Shown: positions 22,051-36,101, counted from the stretch's first letter. The stretch is DNA of 64,000 nt from the human T2T-CHM13v2.0 reference genome, Homo sapiens (GCF_009914755.1 NC_060931.1); one strand, 5' to 3'. Numbers and translations: made by a program. The notes: generated by a model not told the origin, from the letters alone.

Positions 22051-23446
22051 AAACAGCACAGTAGCTGTAAAATCTTTTCTCTTCTTCCTCTTTGAAAATT
22101 TAAGTTACAGCTTGAAAAATTAAAATAATAAAGGGTTTAATGTATTTTTTTCTTTGTTATGTATGGCCTTAATTAACTTGCTTTTGCCCTCAGAAGAGAC
22201 AGTGGTAAGGGCATGGGTGCGAGTGTCTTGGAAACGTTGTTTCCCATTGAACAACCAATTGGTGTGTGAATTTGCCACATCATATTCCTGGTAAAATCAT
22301 TAAGCACCATAGTACTGTTGGCAAGACCTTTCATCCGTAAACATTGTGTGTGAGGACTGTTGTTGAGAGTTTGCGGAAAGGCACCTCTAGAGCAAGACTG
22401 CGGAGGCCTTTGCTGAGGAGAGAATGGTTTTGTTAAGGGAGACAGTGCTGTTATAGCTGCTGTTTGATTGTAGGAAAATGGATTTCTCATCAATGGCATC
22501 TCAGTCCTGATGCCTGGTCCTAGGCGTTGGTGTATGTCTTGGGCACAGTTTGGGTCAGGCACTTTTGTTAGCTGTCTCCTGTTAGAGTCTTCTCAACCAC
22601 TGGGACTTCCTGAGTGGTGCACTGGGTGACCTGAGAGGTCAGGATTAAACATGTACTCCTGTAGTTGTTTTTGTCTTTTGACTTATTGAAAGGGAAACAC
22701 ATTGTATGTTTACCTCCTTCATTGCCTGGAGCTTGGGTGAAGAAACTGAACACCACCTGCAACTCGAGGAGGGAAAGAGAAGAGTAGTTGTGTCTACAGA
22801 TAATATAGGGGAGAAACGTGGAGCTCCTGCCTGCCGCAGGCACGAAGAAGCATAATCACTCTCATATCTGGTAGGTCTTGGGCCTTTTGCATGGTGCAGT
22901 TCTTCAGTGTGTCTCAAATGGGGATTCAAAGAGGTTGTTCTTACACCTTATTATGGGCTGGCTGGCTTGAAGAGAGCCCCTTTCTGAGGGAGGAAGGACA
23001 GTCAGTGGCCTCAAGCATTTTCAGGGAAACTGAAGCTGAGCAGGCGATTTCCGATTAGGGGACCGGGAGACTGGCGTGCTCATCGTTTAAGTGCATTTGC
23101 TGTAATCACTGCTGCCATCAGCAGAAACAGAGCTCAAGAAAGAACCATGTTTACATCCGTCCTTCATCAACCCTCACAGGCAAGAAATATTTCTCTAAGA
23201 AAAATAATTTACGGATTGATCTCTGTCTTAAAAATGACCTTTGCATCTTGCTGTAGCCTTCAGCAAACTGCATTTGTTGCTTTGCAGGACAGGGCAGTGT
23301 TCGGGTTGAAGTCCTGTGTTCTGATCGGTGATTCTCGTGGTGACCAAGCGAGGAAGAAGGCCCGCTCTTCCAACACCATGGCTTCTCTTCTGGGGCACAC
23401 GAGGTGAAACGGGCTGTCCTCGTGATGTCTGAGACCGGGCGTCTTC

Positions 23447-24385
23447 AACAGGCCCTGCTTAACATTATGATTAAACAGGGCTTTCTTACCATTATTATTA
23501 AACAGGCCGTTTCTCAACATTATTATTAAATAGGCCCCTTCTTAACATTGTTATTAAAGAGGCCCTTTCTTCACATTATTATTAAACAGGCCCCTTCTTA
23601 ACATTATTATTAAACAGGCCTTTCATAACGTTATTATTAAACGGGCCCCTTCTTCACATTATTATTAAACAGGCCCCTTCTTAACATTATTATTAAACAG
23701 GCCTTTCATAACATTATTATTAAACGAGCCCCTTCTTAACATCATTATTAAACAGGCCTTTCATAATGTTATTATTAAACGGGCCCCTTCTTAACATTAT
23801 TATTAAACAGGCCCCTTCTCAACATTATTATTAAACAGGCCCCTTCTTAACATTATTATTAAACGGGACCCTTCTTAAGATTATTAAACGGGCCCTTTCT
23901 TAACATTATTATTAAACAGGCCCCTTCTTAACATTATTATTAAAGAGGCCCTTTCTTAACATTATTATTAAACAGGTCTTTCATAACGTTATTATTAAAC
24001 GGGCCCCTTCTTAACATTATTATTAAACAGGCCCCTTCTTAACATTATTATTAAATGGGACCCTTCTTAAGATTATTAAACGGGCCCCTTCTTAACATTA
24101 TTATTAAACAGGCCCCTTCTTAACATTATTATTAAAGAGGCCCTTTCTTCACATTATTATTAAACAGGCCCTTTCTTAACATTATTATTAAACCGGCCTT
24201 TCATTAACGTTATTATTAAATGGGCCCCTTCTTAACATTATTATTAAACGGGCCCCTTCTTAACATTATTATTAAACAGGCCGTTTCTCAACATGATTAT
24301 TTAACAGGACCTTCTTAACATTATTATTAAATGGGCCCTTTCTTAACATTATGATTAAACAGGTCCTTTCTTAACATTATGATTA
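23447..24385 (+). repeat. VNTR, ~34 copies of the 28-bp unit TTAACATTATTATTAAACAGGCCCCTTC (25-28 bp variants)
   Basis: Head-to-tail copies read directly. Confidence 0.95.
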
Positions 24386-24862
24386 TTATTTTAATTCAAA
24401 GGGGAAGGGTCCCTTAGTGACTGAATTGTAGCTAATTTTTGTTTTCCTTGGGGAAAATAATCTGATACACCAAGCCATAGAGCAATTACTTGTAAAGAAG
24501 GTATAGAGATCTAATTAGATGTGAGTGAATAAGTGAGTTTTTACCCCTAGTCCAAGGAGAGAGGTGCTAGTCTTACTGAAGCGCTTTACTGTTAAATGCT
24601 CCATTTTACATGCAGACCTATTTTAAGACCAGGTACCCTGTGTTTCCCATGATTAGTGTGGCAGTGATACTTGTTCATTCCGTTCTTATAGGTGTTCTAG
24701 ATGACTTCCATTTTCAGGCTCTCAGGATTTACACACTGGGGAAGCTGCTGCTCCATGGCTGCTATATGTATGTAGTCACTGAGCAGCCTGCTGACGGTAT
24801 GTTTAATGTAGATGGGTGTGGATGCAGAGCCAGAGGGATTTCCGCTTCTTCATGATGTAGTT

Positions 24863-25168
24863 CAGGGGTCAACACCCTGGTCTGTGGCCTGTTACGAACT
24901 GGCCTGTTGGGAACAGGAGGTGAGCGGCGCGCAGGCAGGCAAGCATTACTGCCTGAGCCCCACCTCCTATCAGCTCAGTGGCAGCATTGGAGTCTCATAA
25001 GGGCACAAACCCTATTGTGAACTGCACACGCGAGGGACCTAGGTTGCGCATTCCTCATCAGAATCCAGTATCTGAAACCATCCCCCTACCCCAACCCATC
25101 ACCCGCTGTGTGGAAGAATTGTCTTCCATGAAACCAGTCCCTGGTGGCAAAAAGGTTGGGGACCGCTG
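24863..25168 (+). mobile_element. MER1B-like hAT-Charlie DNA transposon
   Basis: caggggtc...aggttggggaccgctg terminal inverted repeats; internal aaccctattgtgaactgcacacgcgaggg typical of MER1. Confidence 0.82.
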
Positions 25169-26074
25169 TTGACAAATCATATTTACTAGACCTGGTGTAC
25201 TTTCCACGTGACGAAAAAGTAGTTTAAAATGTGCTGTAAGATATTTCCGAGCTGCACTTTACATTTATCAGAATGCAGAACCCCTGCTGTACTTCAGACC
25301 TCCCTCATGATAGGTGGGGAAGGGTGAAGGGGTGCCGGATGTTGGACACATGGTATGCAGGTCTGTGCCTGAGCACCAGGCAGTGCTCACTGTCACACTG
25401 TGGCCAAGGAGACTTGGGCCTGGGGCCTGCGGTGTGGAACCCGTCCTTTACAGCAGAAGCCCTCCCAGGAGAGGTCGCGGAGGCGGATTCTAACACCAGC
25501 CTGGAAGGAATGCTGCCTCTGAATTGGAGGGGTACAATCAAAACTGCTGAGGCTAGGTGACTGTCGAAATTTCCAGAATGTGGAGCACATGCAAATGAGC
25601 TCTTGTCGAAATGTTAATTGGAAAATATTAATAGGCAGTGGACTTATTTGAATTAGGATGCTCTCTTTATTTTATTATTAGAGGACCCTATTGCTCAGTG
25701 AAATGATGTTCTGAGATAGGAAAGAAAGGGTACCTGATAATAGTGCCTTTTGATCCCATTAGTCACAGCAGGCATTACATCTGGGAAAAGCCTGTGGGTT
25801 TAACTTCACATTTTATTTATATTCTTGGAAAACCAAAGCGAACCTTTAAGGTTTCCAGAGAGGCCTTTTATTTTAGCAGTGCAGCAAGTTTTTCCTTTGT
25901 AAAGCATCACTGTGGTACGAATGATGCTCTGTAGCAATAGAGGAGGAGTCCTGTGGTATGTAGAACCAAGGAAAGCAGACTTCTTGCAGGAAAAATGAGT
26001 GCATTGAGGATAGTAACCTGACTTTCTGACCTGTGATTAAATTATGATAGTAGTCAGTCATTTTACTCTCCCAG

Positions 26075-26463
26075 GGTTTGAGGAAGTGGCCGGTGAGGAC
26101 TTGGAGCCTAGTGAGGAGTTAGTAGAGCTGCCCAGGGTGGAGGAGGCCACAGAGGACAGCCCTGGTGAAGAGAACAGTGAGGCCTTGGATGTGTTGATAT
26201 CCAGCAAGGACCTGGCACTGTCTAGTGAGGACGAGGCCTGCACAGGATGTAACTGGGGCCTGGGCGAGCCCTTCAGCGAGGAGCTGGGGCTCATATCCAG
26301 CGAGGACGGGGCCAGCCCTGGGGACGTAGAGGAGCTCAGCGAGGAGTGCGAGGAGCCGCTGAGTGAGGAGGAGCACAGCGGGCCAGAGCTGGGGCGCTGC
26401 CGGCACCACCATAAAGTGTCAAGGAGCTGCCCGAGTGGGACTGACTTAAAACAGTGTATCTAG
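26075..26463 (+). CDS. DNAJB6: Putative alternative terminal exon of DNAJB6 in intron 5 encoding a 129-aa acidic tail (GFEEVAGEDLEPSEE...TDLKQCI*)
   Basis: ttttactctcccag acceptor (26061-26074); exon 5 terminal G plus GG forms Gly in the frame of ORF 26044..26463; TAG at 26461-26463 directly followed by AATAAA at 26464-26469. No expression evidence available here. Confidence 0.6.
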
Positions 26464-26469
26464 AATAAA
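26464..26469 (+). terminator. Candidate intronic poly(A) signal AATAAA abutting the acidic ORF stop
   Basis: tagAATAAAatggtttcctctagtgccttgatactgtccttggt. Confidence 0.55.
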
Positions 26470-26644
26470 ATGGTTTCCTCTAGTGCCTTGATACTGTCCT
26501 TGGTCAGACGACCTCAGCTGCCTTGGAGATAGAACTGAAGAAGCAAGAGAGGGAGGTGGCAGCCCTGAAGCACAGGCCGGGCGTCTCGTAGGCTCTTTCC
26601 CTAGAAGCCAGAGCACAGACCCTGAAGACAGCCTTGAGTTTGAT

Positions 26645-27172
26645 CCGTACCACAAACCGGGGGCTTAAACTACCAAAATGTACCATCTCCCAGTCCTGGA
26701 GGCTGGCCATGTGAGACCCAGGTATTGCAGGGCTGGTTGCTTCTGAGGCTGAGGTGTGTCCCGTCTTGCTCCAGGCCCTTCCCCAGCTGTTCTTCTCCCT
26801 ACATTTGCAGACGGATGGCCCATCCGATGTTGACATCATCTCCTTTGTGTCTGTCTCTGTGTCCATTGGATTTAATGTTTTAGAGACAGATTTCACTGTG
26901 TTGCTTAGGCTGGCCTCCAACCGCTAGGCTCAAGCAGTCTTCCTTCCTCAGCCTCCCAAGTAACTGATCACAGGCATGAGCCACTGTGCCCAGCCACAAG
27001 TTCCCCCTTTTTATAAGGACATCATTTATATTGGCTTAGTGCCCACTGTAATGATTTCATCTTAACTTGATAATCTATAAAGAGCCTGTTCCCAGTAAGG
27101 TCACATTCACAGGTACTGGGGATTAGGACTCTAATTTAATCTTTTTTGGGGACCATGATTCAACCACTTTAA
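26645..27172. mobile_element. MLT1-type MaLR LTR interrupted by an Alu monomer (~26875-26995)
   Basis: taccacaaaccgggggcttaaac...cagtcctggaggctgg and aaggtcacattcacaggtactggggattaggact are MLT1 hallmarks. Confidence 0.7.
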
Positions 27173-27240
27173 CATCATATTTCTAACGGGTAGATTTTTG
27201 TGCTAGTCTTTGAAATTCACAGCCAAGCAGCAAATTTTGA

Positions 27241-28514
<1,274 letters not shown>

Positions 28515-30373
28515 TAGTGAGGATGGGTGCCATGTTAGTGATCTGCGATTCTTTTGTGCTGTTTTTCAGTACATAGTTGGTCGTTTCAGGACCTTTGTTT
28601 CCTCTGACGTCCTCCCTTAAATAGGGAGAGGAAATGGTTCCTGGAAACGGTCATTTTGAGAATTTTCTGTGCTGTGAGAACTGAGGCTCTGGCTACCCCT
28701 CTAAAAGGCTTGAGCCATGCTGTAAGAGTTTGTGGGCAGTGTTTCTGTGGTGTTTCCTCCCTTGTATTTTGTGGTGTTGGTCCCCCTAACAGGTCTTTGT
28801 ATAGTGTTTGGTTCACATTGTTGGCATGACAGTCACCTGAGCAAGACGTTGCCTGAGTCCTTTGTCAGTTTGGGTTTTCGCATCATCTGTTTCCAGTGGG
28901 ATTTTGGTCCCTGGTCAACTTGTGGACAACTCCAGAGATTGAGATAGTTGCCGTATCCTTAGTGCTCCCAGGGGGAGATGTTCTGGGACTGTAGGTGCAA
29001 GATGTAGGAAGAGTGATTTAAACTTGAGGCTGCAGGCAGACCTGATACTGTGTTGGGCTTTGACAGGTTTAGGGAATACCAGTATTTATAGGCAGTATGA
29101 TAGTGTAGGGGGACAGTGAGGTGGAAGGTGTGATGGTGGAGGAAAGATGAATCGGCCATCTGCGAGTAGGGCTCAGAAAAGAGCCTGGAGCCTGCTGCTG
29201 TTCTGGTGGTTTCTTCCCTGAGCAATGAGGACTGTGGTTGGGAAGAGGCCCATTCCTCCTGACGCCAGAGTTCCTCATCTCATGTTGGCTCTTTTGTATT
29301 TGAAATAGAATAATTTGATTGCAGTGTATTGTGGATTCTTTGACTTCGATAGATTTTTGTAACTTTTGGGAAACAGATTACTCTAACCAGACCTGGGAAG
29401 TAGCTAGAAATTATACTTGTAATAAAAAACAATTATATGGGAAGCTGAAAATGGTGGTGTTCATTTAACAAATATGGCGTGCCTGCTGTTTAGTGCCAGG
29501 CACTATTCTAGGTGCTGGTTTGGCAGTGGAGAGAAACACTGAAGCCCTGTTCTCAGGGCGTGCACTTCAGGGCGGAGCTCCGGCCGTGTTCTTCATTGGC
29601 TCCCATTGCGTGTTGTATTCCAGATTCCTAACAGTTAGGTTATTTGCTACTTCTGAAAATGTGAGTTGTAATAAATGAGTGCCTGGTTTTGAGAGGAGTT
29701 GGAAGAGCAGAGGAAGTCTGTCTTTCATGCTTGCCTTTTGAATCTCAAGCGTTTCTCCCTTTTGAGGGCGGCTGTCTAGGTTTTAGCTTTGGAACTTGAG
29801 GAGAGAGTGACATATTTTCCTTTGTTTGAAATAGCCATGGTGCTTTTTCAGTTTTGTTTTGCTGTCATTTTTTTGTTCCAGCTTTTCTGTGCACTTGGGG
29901 AATTGACAGTGGGTCCTGAAATCATGACAGCAGGCCTCTCCTGGGCCGCGGCTGGGAGTGTGCTGAGGAAGGGCGAGCTTAGTGCTGCCCTGAGATGAAC
30001 GTGGTTGGTGGGAATCCCTTCGCTTCGTTGTGAAGCTGTTCCTGTTCCATCAGGTTCTCATGCTTGGTAAAGCTCAGAGAAAATGTGTGGGTTTAAAACA
30101 TGTTCTCCACTTCCTCAGTGTTCTTCAAGTTTGTATGTGGGTAAATGTTTGTTACATGTGTTTTGTGGTCAGTTTTCTCACACTGTTCATTGTATATATA
30201 TATTTTTTGGTCATAAATTTGTGACTGTTCTTTAGATAGTCAGTTTAGTATCTTGTTAATGTTATGGGCCCCTTAATGCATTGGTCTTAGTATTCCTCAG
30301 GGAATAGCATGATATTGCAAAATTTTAAAGAAGCTCTTGCTATACGATGCCCAGAATGTTGAAATGGAAGAAG

Positions 30374-31277
30374 TGTCACTGAAAAGAGTCAAACTGTAAA
30401 ATATTTGAAGAGATGTATTCTGAGCCAAATATAAGTGACCATGCTGGTGACACAGCCTCAGGAGTCCCAAGAACATGTGTCCAAGTGGTCAGGGTGCAGC
30501 TTGGTTTATACATTATAGGGAGGCATGAGACATCAATCAGATCATAACCTGTAATCCCTGCACTTTGGGAGGCTGAGGCGGATGGATCGCTTGAGGTCAG
30601 GAGTTCCAGACCAGCCTGGCCAACATGGTGAAACACTACCTCTACTAAAAATAAAAAAATTAGCCAGGCGGGGTGGCAGGCACCTGTAATCCCAGCTACT
30701 TGGGAGGCTGAGGCAGGAGAACTGCTTGACCTGGGAGGCAGAGGTTGCAGTGAGCCAAGATCGCGCCACTACACTCCAGCCTGGGCGACAGAGCAAGACT
30801 CCGTCTTGGGAAAACAAACAAACAAAAAGAAATACATTGTTTTGGCCCAGAAAGGCAGGACAGCTCAAAGCAGGGGGGCTTCCAGACTGTTGGTGAATGA
30901 AAACATTTTCTGGTTGACAATTGGTTGAGTTTGTCTAAAGACCTGGGATCATAGAAAAAAAATGTTCAGGTTAAGATAAAAGATCGTGGAGATGAAGGTT
31001 CCTTTGAAGTCTCATAGTGGCTGCCCTTAGAGACAATAGATGACAAATGTTTCCTTTTCAGACCTTTAACATGTGCTAGACTTTCAGTTAATCTCTTCAG
31101 GATTGGGAGGGTCTGGAAGAAAAAGATCTAGCCATGTTAATAAGACTGTTCACAGATGCACATTTCCCCCACAAAGGATGGCTTTGCAGGACAATTTCAA
31201 ATGGTTTGTAGGGCATGACTCCCCAGACCCCTTAGGTAGGAATTTGGGCAAGATAAAAAATCAGAACTCAGTCCTCA
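30374..31277. mobile_element. MER4-family (ERV1) solo LTR with a nested sense Alu (~30545-30830)
   Basis: tgtcactgaaaagagtcaaactgtaaaatatttgaagaga...gacacagcctcagga; similar to the LTR at 56815. Confidence 0.75.
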
Positions 31278-31389
31278 AGAGTTAAATCCTAATGCTGTTT
31301 CAAGTAATGTTTGTACCTCAGGATACAAAGTTAAGGTTTGAAGACCCATTTAAAGATGCTTCTGAAGAGATGAGCATACATGTTTTGCT

Positions 31390-32165
31390 TTGCAGAATCT
31401 GCATGAGTCTAGAGAAACTGCCACTGGGGGAGAAACGTGTATTACAAGGAAGGTGCTCACGACTCTAACCCTCACCACTGTGGAAGCTAGCCAGTAAAAT
31501 CTGTCAGGACTGGAGCAGTCTCCTCCCCCGGGGTGGGATGGTGTGGGGTGGGGATCACAGGCCCCCAGGTGATTGGTCGAGGCCCATCCACATTAGGGAG
31601 GCAAGCTGCTTTACCAGTCTCCTGATCCAAATGCTAATCTCATCCAGAATCACCCAGAAGGATGTTCGGCTCAATATTTGGGAACTCTGTGCATGGCCCA
31701 GTTAACCTGAACATGAAATCAACCACATGTCCATCTGTTGTCAACTTGGCACCCATATGCATTTCCTTAACCCAGGGCTTAATCGTCAAGTGAGGGCAAG
31801 AACAAGGTCATAGCCACCTAACACGATCCACTATCCCACAGACAACCAACAGTGCACTAGCCCCTTGCCCAGCGCAGGTCACGTTCTCCTGTGATGTTTA
31901 CGGTTCTCCTTGATACGGGGTAACTTAATAGGCAATATGTGTGTATTACATAAGAGGATAAGAGAGGGAAGAAAACTGCTATGTGCCTAAATATAACATG
32001 CATAGATTATATATGACAAGTATTGGTCACAAAATAAGGAGGAAATACTCCAGGCATTGATGGTCCTCGTTCCTGTAACTGGTCCTGTGGACACAGCCAC
32101 TTTCTTCCACTGCCCATTCTGTGGTCTTGTGGCCTTCAGCAGGCACCTCACTGGTTGTGGTTCTT
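31390..32165. mobile_element. MLT2/ERVL LTR remnant with adjacent internal sequence
   Basis: gattggtcgaggcccatccacatt...aatgctaatctcatccaga...tgtcaacttggcaccc resemble MLT2/HERV-L; heavily diverged. Confidence 0.5.
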
Positions 32166-32354
32166 TCTGGTGAGGTAAAGTAAAAAAGAAGTTGGTAGCA
32201 CATTTGATTAACACGTGTCTTAAGATTTATTTCTAAGGTATAAAAGTATGATCAGTTGTTTATAAATCCAAAAGTAATAATACATGCTGGGTTTAAGATT
32301 TGAAAATGGGAATGAGGTGAGAGGAGGAGGAGGTCTTGCCCCTCCACCCCAGTT

Positions 32355-32488
32355 GGAGCCCCACAGGAACGTTGTAGCACGTGCTGTATAGTTGTGATGC
32401 CCGCGGTCGGAGCCCCACGGGAGCATTGTAGCACGCGCTGTATGGTTGTGCGTTGTAGCGTGCGCTGTATAGTTGTGATGCCCACAGG
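32355..32488 (+). repeat. Short CpG-rich tandem repeat (54-bp period; 25-bp core x3)
   Basis: ttgtagcacgYgctgtatRgttgtg-like core repeated three times. Confidence 0.85.
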
Positions 32489-33333
32489 CTTCCTTGCATT
32501 TCTCTCCAGCTCTGCTAGCCACGAACACTTCAAGTCTGCACTTCACATGCTTGCTTGCCTGTGCATGGTTACGCACGCTCAGCAACTTAGTTCCACGTTT
32601 TGGGATGAGTTGAGTTCCCTGACGTAGAATTGCTGGGTTGAGGGTTTTTTATAATAAAAATATTGGTTTTATTTTGGGGGCTGAAGGTTTTAAAAGCTTA
32701 ATACATACTTCTAGATTGCTTTTCAAAACGACAGAAACCAGCACATGATAAGTAGCTCTTACTTGAAATAAGGACTTGTCTGATCTCAAGTGGCAACTTT
32801 TAACTGGTCTTTAAATATTATAAATTTTGAAATTATTTTAATGTTTCTTAGCACTGTTTCTGTTACAAATGAGACTTCATTTTTAGGGTAATTTGTGATT
32901 TTAATATTTGAAATTATACGAGTTAAAATTCAGTGAATACCTGAATTGTGAAAAATTATATTTAAGCTACAAAATGTCAGTAGAGAAATAAACAAGATAA
33001 AGATTTTTTTCATACAAGAAAATGGAACGGAAAAGCATTGGCCTTCTCATAACATAGTACTCAGCCAGCTTTTGAGGTAGCTTCTGTAGATGATGATATA
33101 ATTATGAATGTCATTGTCTTAATTTAGCTTAGAATGCAAACCAGTTAAAATCACTTGGTTAGTACTGTTACCACTGAGACACGGGTTCAAGATGCATGTA
33201 AAAGCTCAGTGCCTTGTGGACAACTTCTAAGGGTTTAGTTGCCATGGATTTAAAGAAATTGTGACTAAACCAATGTTTTAGCATTGATAAATGGGAAATT
33301 GCGGAAGGATGTAAACGTAGAGTTTAACTCTAC

Positions 33334-33405
33334 AACTTGGCTTAGGGACTCAGGTATGGACAGTGAGAATAACTTGGTTTAGGGACTCAGATATGGACAG
33401 TGAGA
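33334..33405 (+). repeat. 37-bp tandem duplication
   Basis: aacttggYttagggactcagRtatggacagtgaga x2. Confidence 0.9.
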
Positions 33406-33429
33406 CTGGCCACATGAGTGCCTTTCTCA

Positions 33430-35015
<1,586 letters not shown>

Positions 35016-35657
35016 GATCAAGTCACTCTTGTTCATAACCTCAGTTGCTTCATGAATCTCGATTTCTGCTTGATTTCAGTGCTTGCTGTTGTATCCTTGT
35101 GTGCTGCAGTATTTATTGTTAACATTTGTGACTCAAATGTATCCACTCCCTGCTTTGGTTGCTCTGGCCTGCAAGTAGGCCGTACTAATTCTGTAGTTGG
35201 TCCTAGCTTGCCTTTGTCTTTACCTTGCATGCGTTTATGTCTTAATGCACCTATTAGGATTCCTTGCTTTTATCACAGGTTTCCCATTTTTCTGAAAAAA
35301 TTACAGTAATTATTAACGCAGAACCCAGGTAAATTAAAAAGGTTTGTATGCTTTATGAATTTTTAGTAAGTACTCATTGATTGATAACAGCAACAGAGGA
35401 AAACAAAACGGTCAGTTCCGATCTTGATTTCCAGGAGCACTTTGTGTTTCCACTTGGCAGCGTGATGCTTCCTCATGTCGGTGATTTTCTGTTGAGACAT
35501 CTTCAAGCATCATCTTACGTCTGCTTGTTAACATTTGTTCAGATTTGATTTCAGCTAATCCTTAAAAGTTTTTTGAGACATCAAACTTAGAATAAAAGGA
35601 ATTTCCTTTGCCGAGATTCATCAGGTATTTACACTTAGCTTACATGGCCACACCATT

Positions 35658-35661
<4 letters not shown>

Positions 35662-35695
<34 letters not shown>
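35662..35695 (+). repeat. (GT)17 microsatellite
   Basis: Read directly. Confidence 0.95.
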
Positions 35696-35698
<3 letters not shown>

Positions 35699-36101
35699 CG
35701 CGCGCATGTTAGGGTAATCCATTTTTCTGTTTGTTTCTGAATTGCTTTGGAGAAGGCAACTCAGACTCCAAGGAATACAACAGCTGCCGTGTGAAGCTTT
35801 TCTCACTTTTCCAGTGGTCGTAGCAGGAACAGCGTCTTGACCTCACATCAGTGACGTGAAAAGAGCTGAGTTTGAAGTGCATATTGGTCCTCCATAAAGA
35901 ATGTGTGTATGTGCTGTTTTTTTAATTAAGTCTGGTAATTTATTTGATACAATGTATTGTAGTTTTAGTTGAATTAAACTAGTTAGTAAAACTGTTGGTG
36001 AGGTAGTGTTTCAGTTACTCTGTAGATAAGCTCTTTTGTTAAAACCTCTTAAGTTTTTTGTTCCTGAATATGTTACAAACATCTATTTTCTCTTACTGTA
36101 G

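Noticed and set aside
23447-24385. CRISPR-like array of ~28-bp repeats
   Set aside because: Units are head-to-tail with no unique spacers, the context is human intronic DNA and there are no cas genes; it is a minisatellite.
26044-26074. ATG at 26044 as the start of an independent 139-aa gene
   Set aside because: The first 10 codons coincide with the branch region, pyrimidine tract and AG, and no promoter is evident; splicing from exon 5 explains it better.
26449-26460. C-terminal KQCI as a prenylation (CaaX) signal like that of DNAJB2b
   Set aside because: The Cys is penultimate rather than fourth from the end, and the ending is not CC or CxC.
31530-31553. G-quadruplex motif GGGGTGGGATGGTGTGGGGTGGGG (another G-rich run at ~49126-49147)
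   Set aside because: Common pattern in or near old repeats, far from exons, with nothing to indicate function.
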